This document shows, one piece after another, positions 48,544 through 57,776 of a stretch of DNA of 64,000 nucleotides. Origin of the DNA: an uncultured Gemmatimonadales bacterium (lineage in GTDB: Bacteria > Gemmatimonadota > Gemmatimonadetes > Gemmatimonadales > GWC2-71-9); the NCBI GenBank assembly GCA_963779755.1, contig CAVZZO010000003.1, positions 1,056,001-1,120,000 of the forward strand. Reading direction: 5' to 3'. Positions within the stretch are counted from its first letter, which is position 1, and every line of letters begins with the position of its first letter. Both the position numbers and the translations under genes were made by a program. Below the pieces are notes generated by a model that worked only from the letters and a program-made list of their open reading frames with translations, searched no databases and was not told the origin of the DNA.

Positions 48544-50003
48544 TCCTCCAGCTTCTGCTCCTCGTGGTACTCGAAATCGGTGTTGACCGACCAGATATCG
48601 TGCGCCGCGCCCTCCATGTTCCACACCGCCATCATGGCGGTCAGCATGGAGTGGTCCTGGTTGTTGTATTTGTGCATCCCGTTGCGGCCGACGGTATGCA
48701 GGTTCGCGATGGGATCGATGTGGCCCCGCACCACGTCCAGGTGGGCCCGATAGGACCCGTCGTAGATGGGATAGGCCTTGGGCATGCGGATCACCGCGCC
48801 GTCGAACACCTTCTGGGGGTCGGCCAGGCCCAGCTGCCCCAGCTCCCGGCCGGCCAGGGCGATCAGGTCCTCGTCGCTCGAGTCCCAGAGCCCGTCGCCC
48901 TTGAAGCAGAAATACTCCAGGCCCAGGCAGGTCTTCCCCGGCTCCGGCACCATGGCGCGGCTCCAGTTGTTGAAGTTCTGGATCCGTCCGACCTTCACCC
49001 CGGGCGAGTGGATGTAGATCCAGTTATCGGGGAAGAGGTCCTCGGCGTCGAGCATGAGCGCCACCACCAGGAAGTCGCGGTAGCGCAGTCCCTCGGCCCC
49101 CTCGCGCACCGGGGCCGGCACGGCGGGATCGAGGCTCCGGACCAGGCTGCGGAGCGGCTGGCTGGAGATCACGTGGTCACAGGCCACCCGCCGCTCGCCC
49201 GCCGCGGTACGCACCCGGACGGCGGTGGCGCGTCCCGCCTCCACCTCCACCGACTGGACGTAGTGCCCCAGATGCACCTTGCCGCCCATGGCGCGGATCT
49301 TCCCGGCGCAGGTGTCCCACATCTGTCCCGGCCCCAGCCGGGGGTACTGGAACTCGTGAATCAGCGTCTTGATGGAAGTGGAGCGCTTGTTGATCGCGGC
49401 CGCGCTGAGAATCGCCTTGGCCAGCGAGAGCCCCTGGATGCGCTGTGCCGCCCACTCCGCCCGGATCTCGGTGCAGGGGATGCCCCAGACCTTCTCGGTG
49501 TAGGTCTTGAAGAAGATGTTGTACAACCGCTTGCCGAACCGGTTGGTGACCCACTGCTCGAAGTTCTCTTCCACCGGGTAGGGCTTGAAGTGCCAGCAGA
49601 CATAGCTGGCCACGATGGCAAACGCGTTCCAGAGCCCCAGGCCCTTGAGCGCATTGGAGGCCTTGAGCGGATAGTCGAAATATTTCCCGTCGTAGAAGAT
49701 CCGCGACAGGCGCGGGACCGAGATGAACTCGTGCTCCAGGATCTCGTGCCACAGCGCCTCGACCGGCGCCACCTTGGTAAAGAACCGGTGCCCGCCGATA
49801 TCGAACCGGTACCCCTTGTACTGCGCGGTGCGGGAGATCCCCCCCAGGATCTCGTCGCCCTCGAAGACGGTTACCCGGTGCCCCTTCTGGGCCAGCAGGT
49901 ACGCCGCCGTCAGGCCCGCGGGCCCGCCGCCGATGACGACGGTATGGTCGCCGGGGCGGAGCCGGTCAACCACGCGGGGACCTGCCGGGGGGCTGGGGGT
50001 CAT
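48423..50003 (-). CDS. FAD-dependent oxidoreductase (protoporphyrinogen oxidase / UGM-like)
   Basis: IGGGPAG, LGGISRT, FDIGGHRFF, YTEKVWG, FQYPRLGPGQMW, AYPIY, GRNGMHKYNNQDHS. Confidence 0.85.
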   Translation of the reverse strand: MTPSPPAGPRVVDRLRPGDHTVVIGGGPAGLTAAYLLAQKGHRVTVFEGDEILGGISRTAQYKGYRFDIGGHRFFTKVAPVEALWHEILEHEFISVPRLSRIFYDGKYFDYPLKASNALKGLGLWNAFAIVASYVCWHFKPYPVEENFEQWVTNRFGKRLYNIFFKTYTEKVWGIPCTEIRAEWAAQRIQGLSLAKAILSAAAINKRSTSIKTLIHEFQYPRLGPGQMWDTCAGKIRAMGGKVHLGHYVQSVEVEAGRATAVRVRTAAGERRVACDHVISSQPLRSLVRSLDPAVPAPVREGAEGLRYRDFLVVALMLDAEDLFPDNWIYIHSPGVKVGRIQNFNNWSRAMVPEPGKTCLGLEYFCFKGDGLWDSSDEDLIALAGRELGQLGLADPQKVFDGAVIRMPKAYPIYDGSYRAHLDVVRGHIDPIANLHTVGRNGMHKYNNQDHSMLTAMMAVWNMEGAAHDIWSVNTDFEYHEEQKLEEGGKTAGRQEGKAAGRQDGRTARRQVSARGNVRPPVHPPV

Positions 50004-50004
50004 G

Positions 50005-50104
50005 TCGTTGGTCGTCAGTCGTTGGTCGTTAATTGCCAGTTACTGGCCGCTGCCGACGGTCGCCGGTCTCTCACCCTGGTTCCTGATTCCTGGTCCCTGA
50101 TCCC
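50005..50104. repeat. Short heptamer repeats (reverse CGACCAA and GGAATCA-like families)
   Basis: gtcgttggtcgtcagtcgttggtcgtt; cctggttcctgattcctggtccctgatccc. Confidence 0.65.
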
Positions 50105-51016
50105 TTACCTGACCTTTGCCAGCGCATCCCCCGCCCCGAACCAGGCGCCCACCACCTCGCCGGCGGCCCAGCCGCCCACGAAAATGGCCAGCAGCGGCAG
50201 GGACCGGATCAGCTCCTCCCGGTGGATGCCCTTCTCCCAGACGCGCCGGACCGTGCGGTAGAACAGCACCGGCGGCAGGGCGAAGGCGGCCGCTCCCCAG
50301 GCCATCCGCTTCAGCAGCGGGGCTCCCCGGGTTCGCGCGCCGGCATAGGACCGCGAATACAGATAACGCTGGGAGAGATACTCCCAGACGGTGTAATGCT
50401 TCTTGTGCCCCACCCGGATGCCCGGACGGCAGTAGAGCGTCACGCCGCTCCGGCGCAGGTGATCGTGCAGGTAGTTCTCCCAGCGGCCCTCGGCGATCAC
50501 GGCGCGGCTCTGCTCCAGCAGGGCCCGGCGGTAGACGGTGTTATTCCCGGTGAGCCAGTCCGAGGGGCCGTCCGGCAGGGGCGGCAGCAGATGACTATAC
50601 TCGCACAGGAACGCCGCCCAGTCCACCAGGCGCTCGGTGGCGGCGTTCTCCACCGCGCCGCCCACGACCTCCTCGCCCCGTTCCTGGGCCTCCAGCAGCG
50701 CCCGGGCCCAGCCCGGCGGCACCAGCACGTGATCTTCGATGACCGCCACCGACGCTCCCCGGGCGGCGGCGAAGGCCTGCGCCCGCAGCGCCGGGATGGT
50801 GGTGTCCGCTGCCGCCTCCAGCAGCCGCGCCCAAGGGTACTCCCGCCGGACCAGCTCACGCAGAGGCTCCCCGCAACGGTCGGCCACCAGCACCTCCAGC
50901 CGGCAATCGCTCCGCTGCGCGGTCAGGGCCTCGAGACATCCCCCCAGATCGCTCCATCCATTGACCGAGGGCACAACCACGGAAAGCTGCGGCTCGGCGC
51001 CCTCAGATCCGGTCAT
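50105..51016 (-). CDS. Glycosyltransferase family 2-like protein
   Basis: LSVVVPS, AARGASVAVIEDH, GGAVEN, TGNNTVY; paralog of 18600..19529. Confidence 0.78.
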   Translation of the reverse strand: MTGSEGAEPQLSVVVPSVNGWSDLGGCLEALTAQRSDCRLEVLVADRCGEPLRELVRREYPWARLLEAAADTTIPALRAQAFAAARGASVAVIEDHVLVPPGWARALLEAQERGEEVVGGAVENAATERLVDWAAFLCEYSHLLPPLPDGPSDWLTGNNTVYRRALLEQSRAVIAEGRWENYLHDHLRRSGVTLYCRPGIRVGHKKHYTVWEYLSQRYLYSRSYAGARTRGAPLLKRMAWGAAAFALPPVLFYRTVRRVWEKGIHREELIRSLPLLAIFVGGWAAGEVVGAWFGAGDALAKVR

Positions 51017-51473
51017 CCAGCCCTGCTTCCCGCAGAATCTCGCGAATGCCGCTCGCCGCCGGCCCGTAGACCGGTGCCCGGATGCCCAGCCGGCGGCCCA
51101 GCAGCTCGACCCAGTCTTCCTCGTGGGCTCGCAGGTCGGTCGTCAGGGCGACCACGTGGCCGGTCGCCTCGGCCATGCCGGCCGCCAGGAGGTCCGGCAG
51201 GGCTACCCCGGGGGACGCCAGGACAAACCGGACCCCCTGGAAGACGCGGGCAAGCTCGGTCAGGCTGGCCGGGGCATCGGCGCGCGCGACAATCAGCTCC
51301 GCCGCGAAACGCCCCACGGCGGGCAGCATGTAGCCCAGCACCGCCTCCAGCCGCGGCCGCTCGCCCAGCGACGCCATCACCACGGAAATCGTGGGGGTAG
51401 CGGCCTCCCTGGGCCGGACCTCTCCCGGCCGGTCCTCGGCCGGCACGAAGATGACGCTCAAGGGAAGTGTCAC
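51003..51473 (-). CDS. Hypothetical protein, degenerate GT2-like N-terminal fold
   Basis: ISVVMAS, ELIVARAD, AGMAEATGHVVALT; overlaps the next gene start. Confidence 0.5.
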   Translation of the reverse strand: MTLPLSVIFVPAEDRPGEVRPREAATPTISVVMASLGERPRLEAVLGYMLPAVGRFAAELIVARADAPASLTELARVFQGVRFVLASPGVALPDLLAAGMAEATGHVVALTTDLRAHEEDWVELLGRRLGIRAPVYGPAASGIREILREAGLDDRI

Positions 51474-51769
51474 TCGCCGGCGGGGGAGCGGGTGGCCCGA
51501 ATGCTCCTCCGCCTTGCATCAGCGCTCATGGGCGATCCGGTAGAACGGTGGCTTCGTGCGGTCCAGGTCCGGCGAGTTCAGCAAACCCGGTGCCACACAG
51601 CGCCGATCTTGAGGAACGCCAACTCCGTGCGGCGCAACGTAATCCTGGTGATGTCGCAGGCGGTGACCGGCCTGGCGGCCCGCTGTCACGCGCGAAAGCC
51701 CCGCACATGTGGACCCGATGCAACAGGGCTCCCATCCCACGCCCCACAGACGGGTGGGCCGGCGGGCTG

Positions 51770-53419
51770 TCAAGGATCCTCCGGCGCGTGCCTCTCTCGT
51801 TCGGGGTTCCGGGCCAGGCTGTCCAGGGTGACGCACGCGGGGCTCCCGGTGGCAGCCGCGGTGTCAGCTGGGAAGTGGTAGAGGAAGGCCCGGCCGGGCC
51901 AGCGCTGCACCAGCCGCACCTGCCCGCAGAAGGCATCGACGAACGGCACCACGCGCGCCCCGCCCACCTGGGGGCTCACGAAGATGTAGCGGATGTTCCG
52001 CCGCTGGAGGAAACCTGCCAGATCGCCCCGGGCCTGTTTCAGCGCCAGATTCGGATGGTAGACCTGCCGCCCGCTGTAGTAGGAGAACGTGGCCTCCTTG
52101 ATGGTCAGGACAGCAGCATCGCGCGGGATATGGGCGGCGGCGTACCGCGCCGCCGCGAAGAAGGACAGCTGCCCCTCGTTGAAGCAAACCGGGCTGTCGG
52201 TCGCCCGGGCACGGGGGCAGCCGAGCGCATGTTCCACCCGCGGGTATTCCACCGCGATGCCGCGAGCGGCGAGCGGGGCGCAGAGAAGCACGGCCGCCAC
52301 CGCTATCGCCCGGCTTCCCCACCGGCGGGCCAGGGCCGTCAGGCCCACCACCATGACCAGGAGGAGCACCGGTGCCAGCGGCACCATGAACCGGGTCAGC
52401 TTGAAGGGCCACGCCCAGAGAACCACCGCGTAAGAGAGCAGATAGCTCAGGAAGACTGGATGCCGCCGCAGGCTCCACAGCCCCGCTGCCAGGAGCAGCA
52501 CGATGACCGCCACGATCCCGATGTTGTCGATCACCGTGCCGGGTACCGTCGGCACCTGGAGGCTGGTGGGAATCGACTGGAACAGGTAGGTGGAAACCAT
52601 CCGCCGCGACCGGTTGACCAGCTGGGCCGTGATCTGGGCGCCTGGCCGATCGAGTATCCGGCCGGTGGCCGCGGCGTAGGAGCGGTCGGCGAACTGATCG
52701 GGGGCAACCACGGTCCAGAGTATCCAGCCACCCACCAGGAGCGCGGCGAGCCCGCCCCATACCAGCACCCGGCGGTAGTGCTTCTGGAACAGCCAGACGA
52801 GGCCCACCGCCGCCACCATGCTCACCCCGACCGTTCGGGTCAGGCCGGTAAGAATCGCCAGCCCGCCCGCCAGGATGGTGCGCCACCGCCCCTCGGGCAG
52901 CGCAATCATGGCCCAGAGCGTGGCCACGCTCATGGTGAGATAGGGCTGCTCCGACACCGTCCTCCCGGCAAACCCTATGAGCCACGGGTTCACCGCCAGC
53001 GCGGCCAGCAATGCGAGCCCGGGCACCGGCCCCGCCAGCCTCCTCGCCAGATCGGCCAGCAGCAGGAGCCCCAGCAGCGCGAGCACCAGGGAGAGGAGCA
53101 AGGCACCGTCGAGGCTCCGGCCGGTGACGCTGGTCCAGACCGCGAGCATCACGGGATAGGCCGGCGGATATTGCGAGTGCACCGGCTTCCCCAACACATG
53201 CTGGTCCCGGTAATGCAGCGACTGGATGGAGCGGCTCAGCAACAGGTACTGCGCATCGTCGTTGGCGTTGGGGGTGATGGCGGGGGTACGGGTCACCCAG
53301 ATCAGGGAACCATGCAGCAAAAGCAACAGGGCCACGGCCGGCCAGTACCAGCGGCCCCCGCGGCCCGAGGGGCGGTGGGGAGGTTTGCCGGTTTCCTGGG
53401 CGAGTTCCAGCAGGGTCAT
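51770..53419 (-). CDS. GT-C glycosyltransferase (ArnT/PMT-like)
   Basis: NDDAQYLLLSRSI, YPPAYP, VSEQPY, LTRTVG, RFMVPL, many TM segments. Confidence 0.78.
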   Translation of the reverse strand: MTLLELAQETGKPPHRPSGRGGRWYWPAVALLLLLHGSLIWVTRTPAITPNANDDAQYLLLSRSIQSLHYRDQHVLGKPVHSQYPPAYPVMLAVWTSVTGRSLDGALLLSLVLALLGLLLLADLARRLAGPVPGLALLAALAVNPWLIGFAGRTVSEQPYLTMSVATLWAMIALPEGRWRTILAGGLAILTGLTRTVGVSMVAAVGLVWLFQKHYRRVLVWGGLAALLVGGWILWTVVAPDQFADRSYAAATGRILDRPGAQITAQLVNRSRRMVSTYLFQSIPTSLQVPTVPGTVIDNIGIVAVIVLLLAAGLWSLRRHPVFLSYLLSYAVVLWAWPFKLTRFMVPLAPVLLLVMVVGLTALARRWGSRAIAVAAVLLCAPLAARGIAVEYPRVEHALGCPRARATDSPVCFNEGQLSFFAAARYAAAHIPRDAAVLTIKEATFSYYSGRQVYHPNLALKQARGDLAGFLQRRNIRYIFVSPQVGGARVVPFVDAFCGQVRLVQRWPGRAFLYHFPADTAAATGSPACVTLDSLARNPERERHAPEDP

Positions 53420-53584
53420 CAGGGCCTGGGGTTGGGGGATGGATCAGCGGCAGGCGCAAACATGGTGCCAGCCACTGTCACACCATCAGATTACTGATGT
53501 GTGGGGTCACGGCTGGCCCTGCTCTTGCTCTACCGTCTACTTAATGAAGGCTCACACACTGTCACCCCCTCGGGCGCTGCCCGC

Positions 53585-55309
53585 ATGAACGGTACTCCTC
53601 CCCTGCCCCGCCGTCACCTCCTTACGGTGGCGTTGGAGGATTATTACCACGTCGGCGCGTTCAACAGCCTGATCCAGCGGGGCCACTGGTACCGTTTCGA
53701 GAGCCGGCTGGAACAGAACACCCGGCGCAGCCTGGACCTGCTCGACCAGCACGGCGTCCGGGCCACGTTCTTCACGCTCGGCTGGGTGGCCGACGCGCTG
53801 CCCGAGCTGGTGCGCGAGGTGGCCGGCCGGGGACACGAGATCGCCAACCGCGGATACTATCACCGCAGTATTCAGGAACTGACCCCGGAAGAATTCCGCC
53901 AGGACCTGTCCCGGTCAAAGGAAGCGCTGGAGCGCGCGGCCGGCCGGCGGGTGATCGGCTACCGCGTGGCCGACCGCTGGCTGGGCCCGGCGGACCTGTG
54001 GGCGCTCGATGTCCTGGCCGAGGAGGGCTACGAATACGACTCCAGCATCGGCCCGGTGCTGCGGGCCTTCTCCGCCGAGCCCTGGCGCCGATTTGCCCAT
54101 CCCCATCCCTGGGGAGAGCGCCTGCTCTGGGAATTTCCCATCTCGGCGCTGGCGTTCCTCGGCTGGATGCTGCCCATCTCCGGCGGTAACTACCTCCGGC
54201 AGTTCCCCCGCTGGCTCATGCGGCGGGCCGTGGCCCACTGGACCCGCACCTACGCCGCGCCGCTGGTGCTCTATTTCCACGTCTGGGAACTGGATCCCGA
54301 CCAGCCGAGGATCGGCGCCGCCTCGGCGCTGCAGCGGATCCGGCACTACCGCAACCTGCGGCGCATGCCCGAGATCCTGGGCGAATACCTGAACCGCTAT
54401 CGGTTCAGCAGCATCGCGGATCATCTGGGGGTGAGCACGGCTCTCCGGCCGGCCGCCCCGGCTCCGGCGGCGCGGAAGGCCGAGCCGCCCGTCCCCGCCA
54501 GACCACGCCCCCGCGCACCCGGCCGGACACCGGTGACGGTCGTCATCCCCTGCTATAACGAGGAACGTACCCTGCCCTACCTGGCCAATACGCTGGCCAG
54601 TGTGGAGCGCCGGCTGGGAGACGCGTGGGAGCTGCACTTTCTCTTCGTGGACGATGCCAGCGTGGACGGCACGTGGGAGTCGCTGCAGCGGCTCTTCGGC
54701 AGCCGGCCCGGCTGCCGGCTGGAGCGGCACCAGCGCAACCTGGGGGTGGCGGCCGCCATCCTGACCGGCATCCGCGCGGCCGACACCGACATCGTAGCCT
54801 CCATCGACTGCGACTGCACCTACGACCCGCACGAACTGGCCGCCATGATCCCCCTCCTCACCGCCGGAGTGGACCTGGTGACCGCGTCTCCCTATCACCC
54901 GCAGGGAAGGGTCCACAACATTCCGGCCTGGCGCCTGTTTCTCTCCCGCCGGTTGTCGGGACTGTACCGCCTGGTGTTGCGGCGGCCGCTGCACACCTGG
55001 ACCAGTTGCTTCCGCGTCTACCGGCGCGCCACGCTCACCCAGGTCCGCCTGCGGGAGAGCGGTTTCCTCGGCGTGGCGGAGACGCTCGGCATCCTGGTGC
55101 TGTCGGAGCGTGGCGTGGTGGAATTCCCCGCCACCCTCGAGGTCCGGGTGTTGGGCCGCTCCAAGATGAAAGTGCTGCGCACCATCGCCGGCCATTTCCG
55201 GCTGCTGGCGCGACTGGCGCTGGCCCGGGCCGGCGGCTGGCATCCGCTCCCGCCGGCGCACCCCGCCGAGCCGGCCGCCCGGAGCGAGCGGGAGCGGCTG
55301 GGTGTCTAG
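53585..55309 (+). CDS. Polysaccharide deacetylase (DUF3473 type) fused to a polyprenyl-phosphate GT2
   Basis: LTVALEDYYH, ATFFTLGW, SGGNYLR, YFHVWELDPDQP; then VVIPCYNEE, VDDASVDGT, IDCDCTYDP, TASPYHP. Confidence 0.85.
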   Translation: MNGTPPLPRRHLLTVALEDYYHVGAFNSLIQRGHWYRFESRLEQNTRRSLDLLDQHGVRATFFTLGWVADALPELVREVAGRGHEIANRGYYHRSIQELTPEEFRQDLSRSKEALERAAGRRVIGYRVADRWLGPADLWALDVLAEEGYEYDSSIGPVLRAFSAEPWRRFAHPHPWGERLLWEFPISALAFLGWMLPISGGNYLRQFPRWLMRRAVAHWTRTYAAPLVLYFHVWELDPDQPRIGAASALQRIRHYRNLRRMPEILGEYLNRYRFSSIADHLGVSTALRPAAPAPAARKAEPPVPARPRPRAPGRTPVTVVIPCYNEERTLPYLANTLASVERRLGDAWELHFLFVDDASVDGTWESLQRLFGSRPGCRLERHQRNLGVAAAILTGIRAADTDIVASIDCDCTYDPHELAAMIPLLTAGVDLVTASPYHPQGRVHNIPAWRLFLSRRLSGLYRLVLRRPLHTWTSCFRVYRRATLTQVRLRESGFLGVAETLGILVLSERGVVEFPATLEVRVLGRSKMKVLRTIAGHFRLLARLALARAGGWHPLPPAHPAEPAARSERERLGV

Positions 55310-56711
55310 CAGCCTCGGCGTGGCGGGCGGGGGCCTGCTGGGCATGACGCTCGCCCTGCGGCTGGCGCAGGCCGGCCATGCGGTCACCCTGTTCGAGGCG
55401 GCCCCCGCGGCCGGCGGGCTGGCGTCGCCGGAGGCGGTGGGCGAGTACCAGTGGGACCGGTTCTACCACGTCATCCTCCAGTCCGACACCGCCCTGCTCG
55501 GCCTGCTGGACGAGCTGGGCCTCTCGGACCGATTGCACTGGGGCACCACGCGCACCGGCTTCTATGCCGGGGAGCGGCTGTACTCCCTGTCCAACAGTCT
55601 CGAGTTCCTGACATTCCCGCTGCTCGGGCCGGTGGACAAGCTCCGGCTGGCGGCGACCATCCTTCATGCGTCGCGCATCCGCGACCCGCGGCCGCTGGAG
55701 CGCGAGCTGGCCACCGACTGGCTGCGGCGCTGGTCGGGCCGCCGCGCCTGCGAGCGGATGTGGTTCCCCCTGCTCCAGAGCAAGCTGGGCCCGAATTACG
55801 ACCGGGTGAGCGCCGCGTTCATCTGGGCCATCATCGCCCGGATGTATGCCGCCCGGCGGTCCGGGCTCAAGCGCGAGATGTTCGGTTACGTGGACGGGGG
55901 CTACGCGACGGTGCTGGAGCGGCTGCGCCCGCGCCTGGAGGCGGCGGGCGTGACGGTTCATACCGGCAGCACGGTGGGAGAGGTGCGGGAAACGGGGACC
56001 GGCGCGGAGATCGTGGTGGACCGCGTGGCACACGCCTTCGATGGGGCAGTGCTCACCTTTCCTGCCGGTGCGGTGGCCCGGGCCTGCCCCCAGCTGAAGC
56101 CGGCCGAGCGGGAGCGCCTGGAAGGGGTGACGTATCAGGGCGTGATCTGCGCGTCGCTGCTGCTGCGCCGCCCGCTGGGCGGCTTCTACGTTACCAACAT
56201 CCTCGACCACCGGGTCCCGTTCACCGGTGTCATCGAAATGACCGCGCTGGTGGACCGCGAGCGTTTCGGGGGGAACACCCTGGCCTACCTGCCGCGCTAT
56301 CTCCCGGCCGGCGACCCCTGGTGGGAGCGCAGCGACGGGGAAATCCGCGAGGAGTTCCTTCCGGCACTGGCGCGCATGTATCCCGGATTTTCCCGCGAGG
56401 ATGTGCTCGCCTTCCGGATGGCACGGGCGCGGCAGGTGCAGGCGCTCAGCACCCTGCACTACTCCGAGCGGGCGCTGCCGCCGCTCCGTACCACGCTTCC
56501 GCATGTCTGGATCGCCAATTCGGCCCAGATCGCCTACGGGACGCTGAATGTGAATGAGACGGTGGCACTCGCCGAACGCCAGGCACGGGCCATCCATGAG
56601 CTGCTGCCATCGGGGTCTGCCGGCCCTTGGAGTGGAACCAGGAATCAGGAATCAGGAATCAGGAATCAGGAATCAGGAATCGGCATGGCGCAGCCGACCT
56701 TTGACCTTTGA
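55302..56711 (+). CDS. FAD-dependent oxidoreductase (protoporphyrinogen oxidase-like)
   Basis: VAGGGLLG, AGGLA, WDRFYH, GYVDGG, TLNVNET; C-terminus reads through the GGAATCA repeat. Confidence 0.82.
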   Translation: MSSSLGVAGGGLLGMTLALRLAQAGHAVTLFEAAPAAGGLASPEAVGEYQWDRFYHVILQSDTALLGLLDELGLSDRLHWGTTRTGFYAGERLYSLSNSLEFLTFPLLGPVDKLRLAATILHASRIRDPRPLERELATDWLRRWSGRRACERMWFPLLQSKLGPNYDRVSAAFIWAIIARMYAARRSGLKREMFGYVDGGYATVLERLRPRLEAAGVTVHTGSTVGEVRETGTGAEIVVDRVAHAFDGAVLTFPAGAVARACPQLKPAERERLEGVTYQGVICASLLLRRPLGGFYVTNILDHRVPFTGVIEMTALVDRERFGGNTLAYLPRYLPAGDPWWERSDGEIREEFLPALARMYPGFSREDVLAFRMARARQVQALSTLHYSERALPPLRTTLPHVWIANSAQIAYGTLNVNETVALAERQARAIHELLPSGSAGPWSGTRNQESGIRNQESGIGMAQPTFDL

Positions 56712-56723
56712 CCTTTGACCTTG
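56634..56723 (+). repeat. Heptamer arrays (GGAATCA)x7 and (GACCTTT)x4
   Basis: Read directly from the sequence. Confidence 0.9.
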
Positions 56724-56768
56724 GGCCTCTTGACCTTCGACCATTCGACGACGGCGACGACCCCAGCG

Positions 56769-57743
56769 ATGGCACCTGCGCTCGCGAGCATCTCGCTCGA
56801 CCTCGACAACCTCTGGTCCTACCTCAAGACCCATGGGGACCCGGGCTGGGAGAAGCGGCCCTCGTATCTCGAGCGGTTCATTCCGCGGGTCCTGACCGAG
56901 CTGGAACGGGCGGGGCTCAGGATCACCTTCTTCGTGGTGGGTGTGGACGCGGAGCGCCACGCCGGCGACGGTCTGTTGCGCTCGCTCACCGGCGCGGGAC
57001 ACGGCGTGGGCAACCACAGCTTCCAGCATGAGCCCTGGCTGCACCGCTACAGCCGGGACGAGCTGGTGCGGGAAATCGCCCAGGCGGAAACGGCCATCGA
57101 AGCCGCCACCGGCCGGCGACCCCGGGCATTCCGCGGACCGGGGTTCAGCTGGAGCCCCACATTGCTGGAGGTGCTGGCGGAGCGGGGCTACCTGGTGGAC
57201 GCCTCGACCCTCCCCACCTTCCTGGGCCCGCTGGCCCGCGCCTGGTACTTCGCCACCGCCCGGCTCCGGCCGGAGCAGCGGGAGGAGCGGGGAGCGCTGT
57301 TCGGCAGCTGGCGCGACGGCCTCCGCCCCGTGCGGCCCTACCGCTGGGATCTGGCGGAAGGCCGTTCGCTGCTGGAGATTCCGGTAACGACCATCCCGCT
57401 GGTCCGGACGCCGTTTCATCTGAGCTATCTGATCTATCTCGCGCGATGGTCGGAGAGCCTGATGATGGCCTACCTGCGGGGCGCGCTGCGCGCCTGCCGG
57501 ATGGCCCGGGTGGAGCCCAGTTTTCTTCTCCATCCGCTGGACCTGCTGGGAGGAGACGAGGTCCCGGAGCTTTCGTTCTTTCCCGGCATGGATCTTCCTG
57601 TCCGGAAGAAGACCGACCTCTTCCAGCGGGTGCTGGGAACCCTGGCCGAGCGTTTCACCCTGGTAGACCTGGAGACTCATGCCGAGGCGCTGCTGGCCCG
57701 AACCGATGTCCCGCTGCGCGCCGCCCTGGCCCCGGGAGCCTGA
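56769..57743 (+). CDS. Polysaccharide deacetylase
   Basis: SLDLDNLWSY, ITFFVVG, GNHSFQHEP, FRGPGF, DAS, EIPVT, LLHPLD. Confidence 0.85.
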   Translation: MAPALASISLDLDNLWSYLKTHGDPGWEKRPSYLERFIPRVLTELERAGLRITFFVVGVDAERHAGDGLLRSLTGAGHGVGNHSFQHEPWLHRYSRDELVREIAQAETAIEAATGRRPRAFRGPGFSWSPTLLEVLAERGYLVDASTLPTFLGPLARAWYFATARLRPEQREERGALFGSWRDGLRPVRPYRWDLAEGRSLLEIPVTTIPLVRTPFHLSYLIYLARWSESLMMAYLRGALRACRMARVEPSFLLHPLDLLGGDEVPELSFFPGMDLPVRKKTDLFQRVLGTLAERFTLVDLETHAEALLARTDVPLRAALAPGA

Positions 57744-57776
57744 GATGCCCGCTCATCCGACCGCGAGTTGCCCGCC

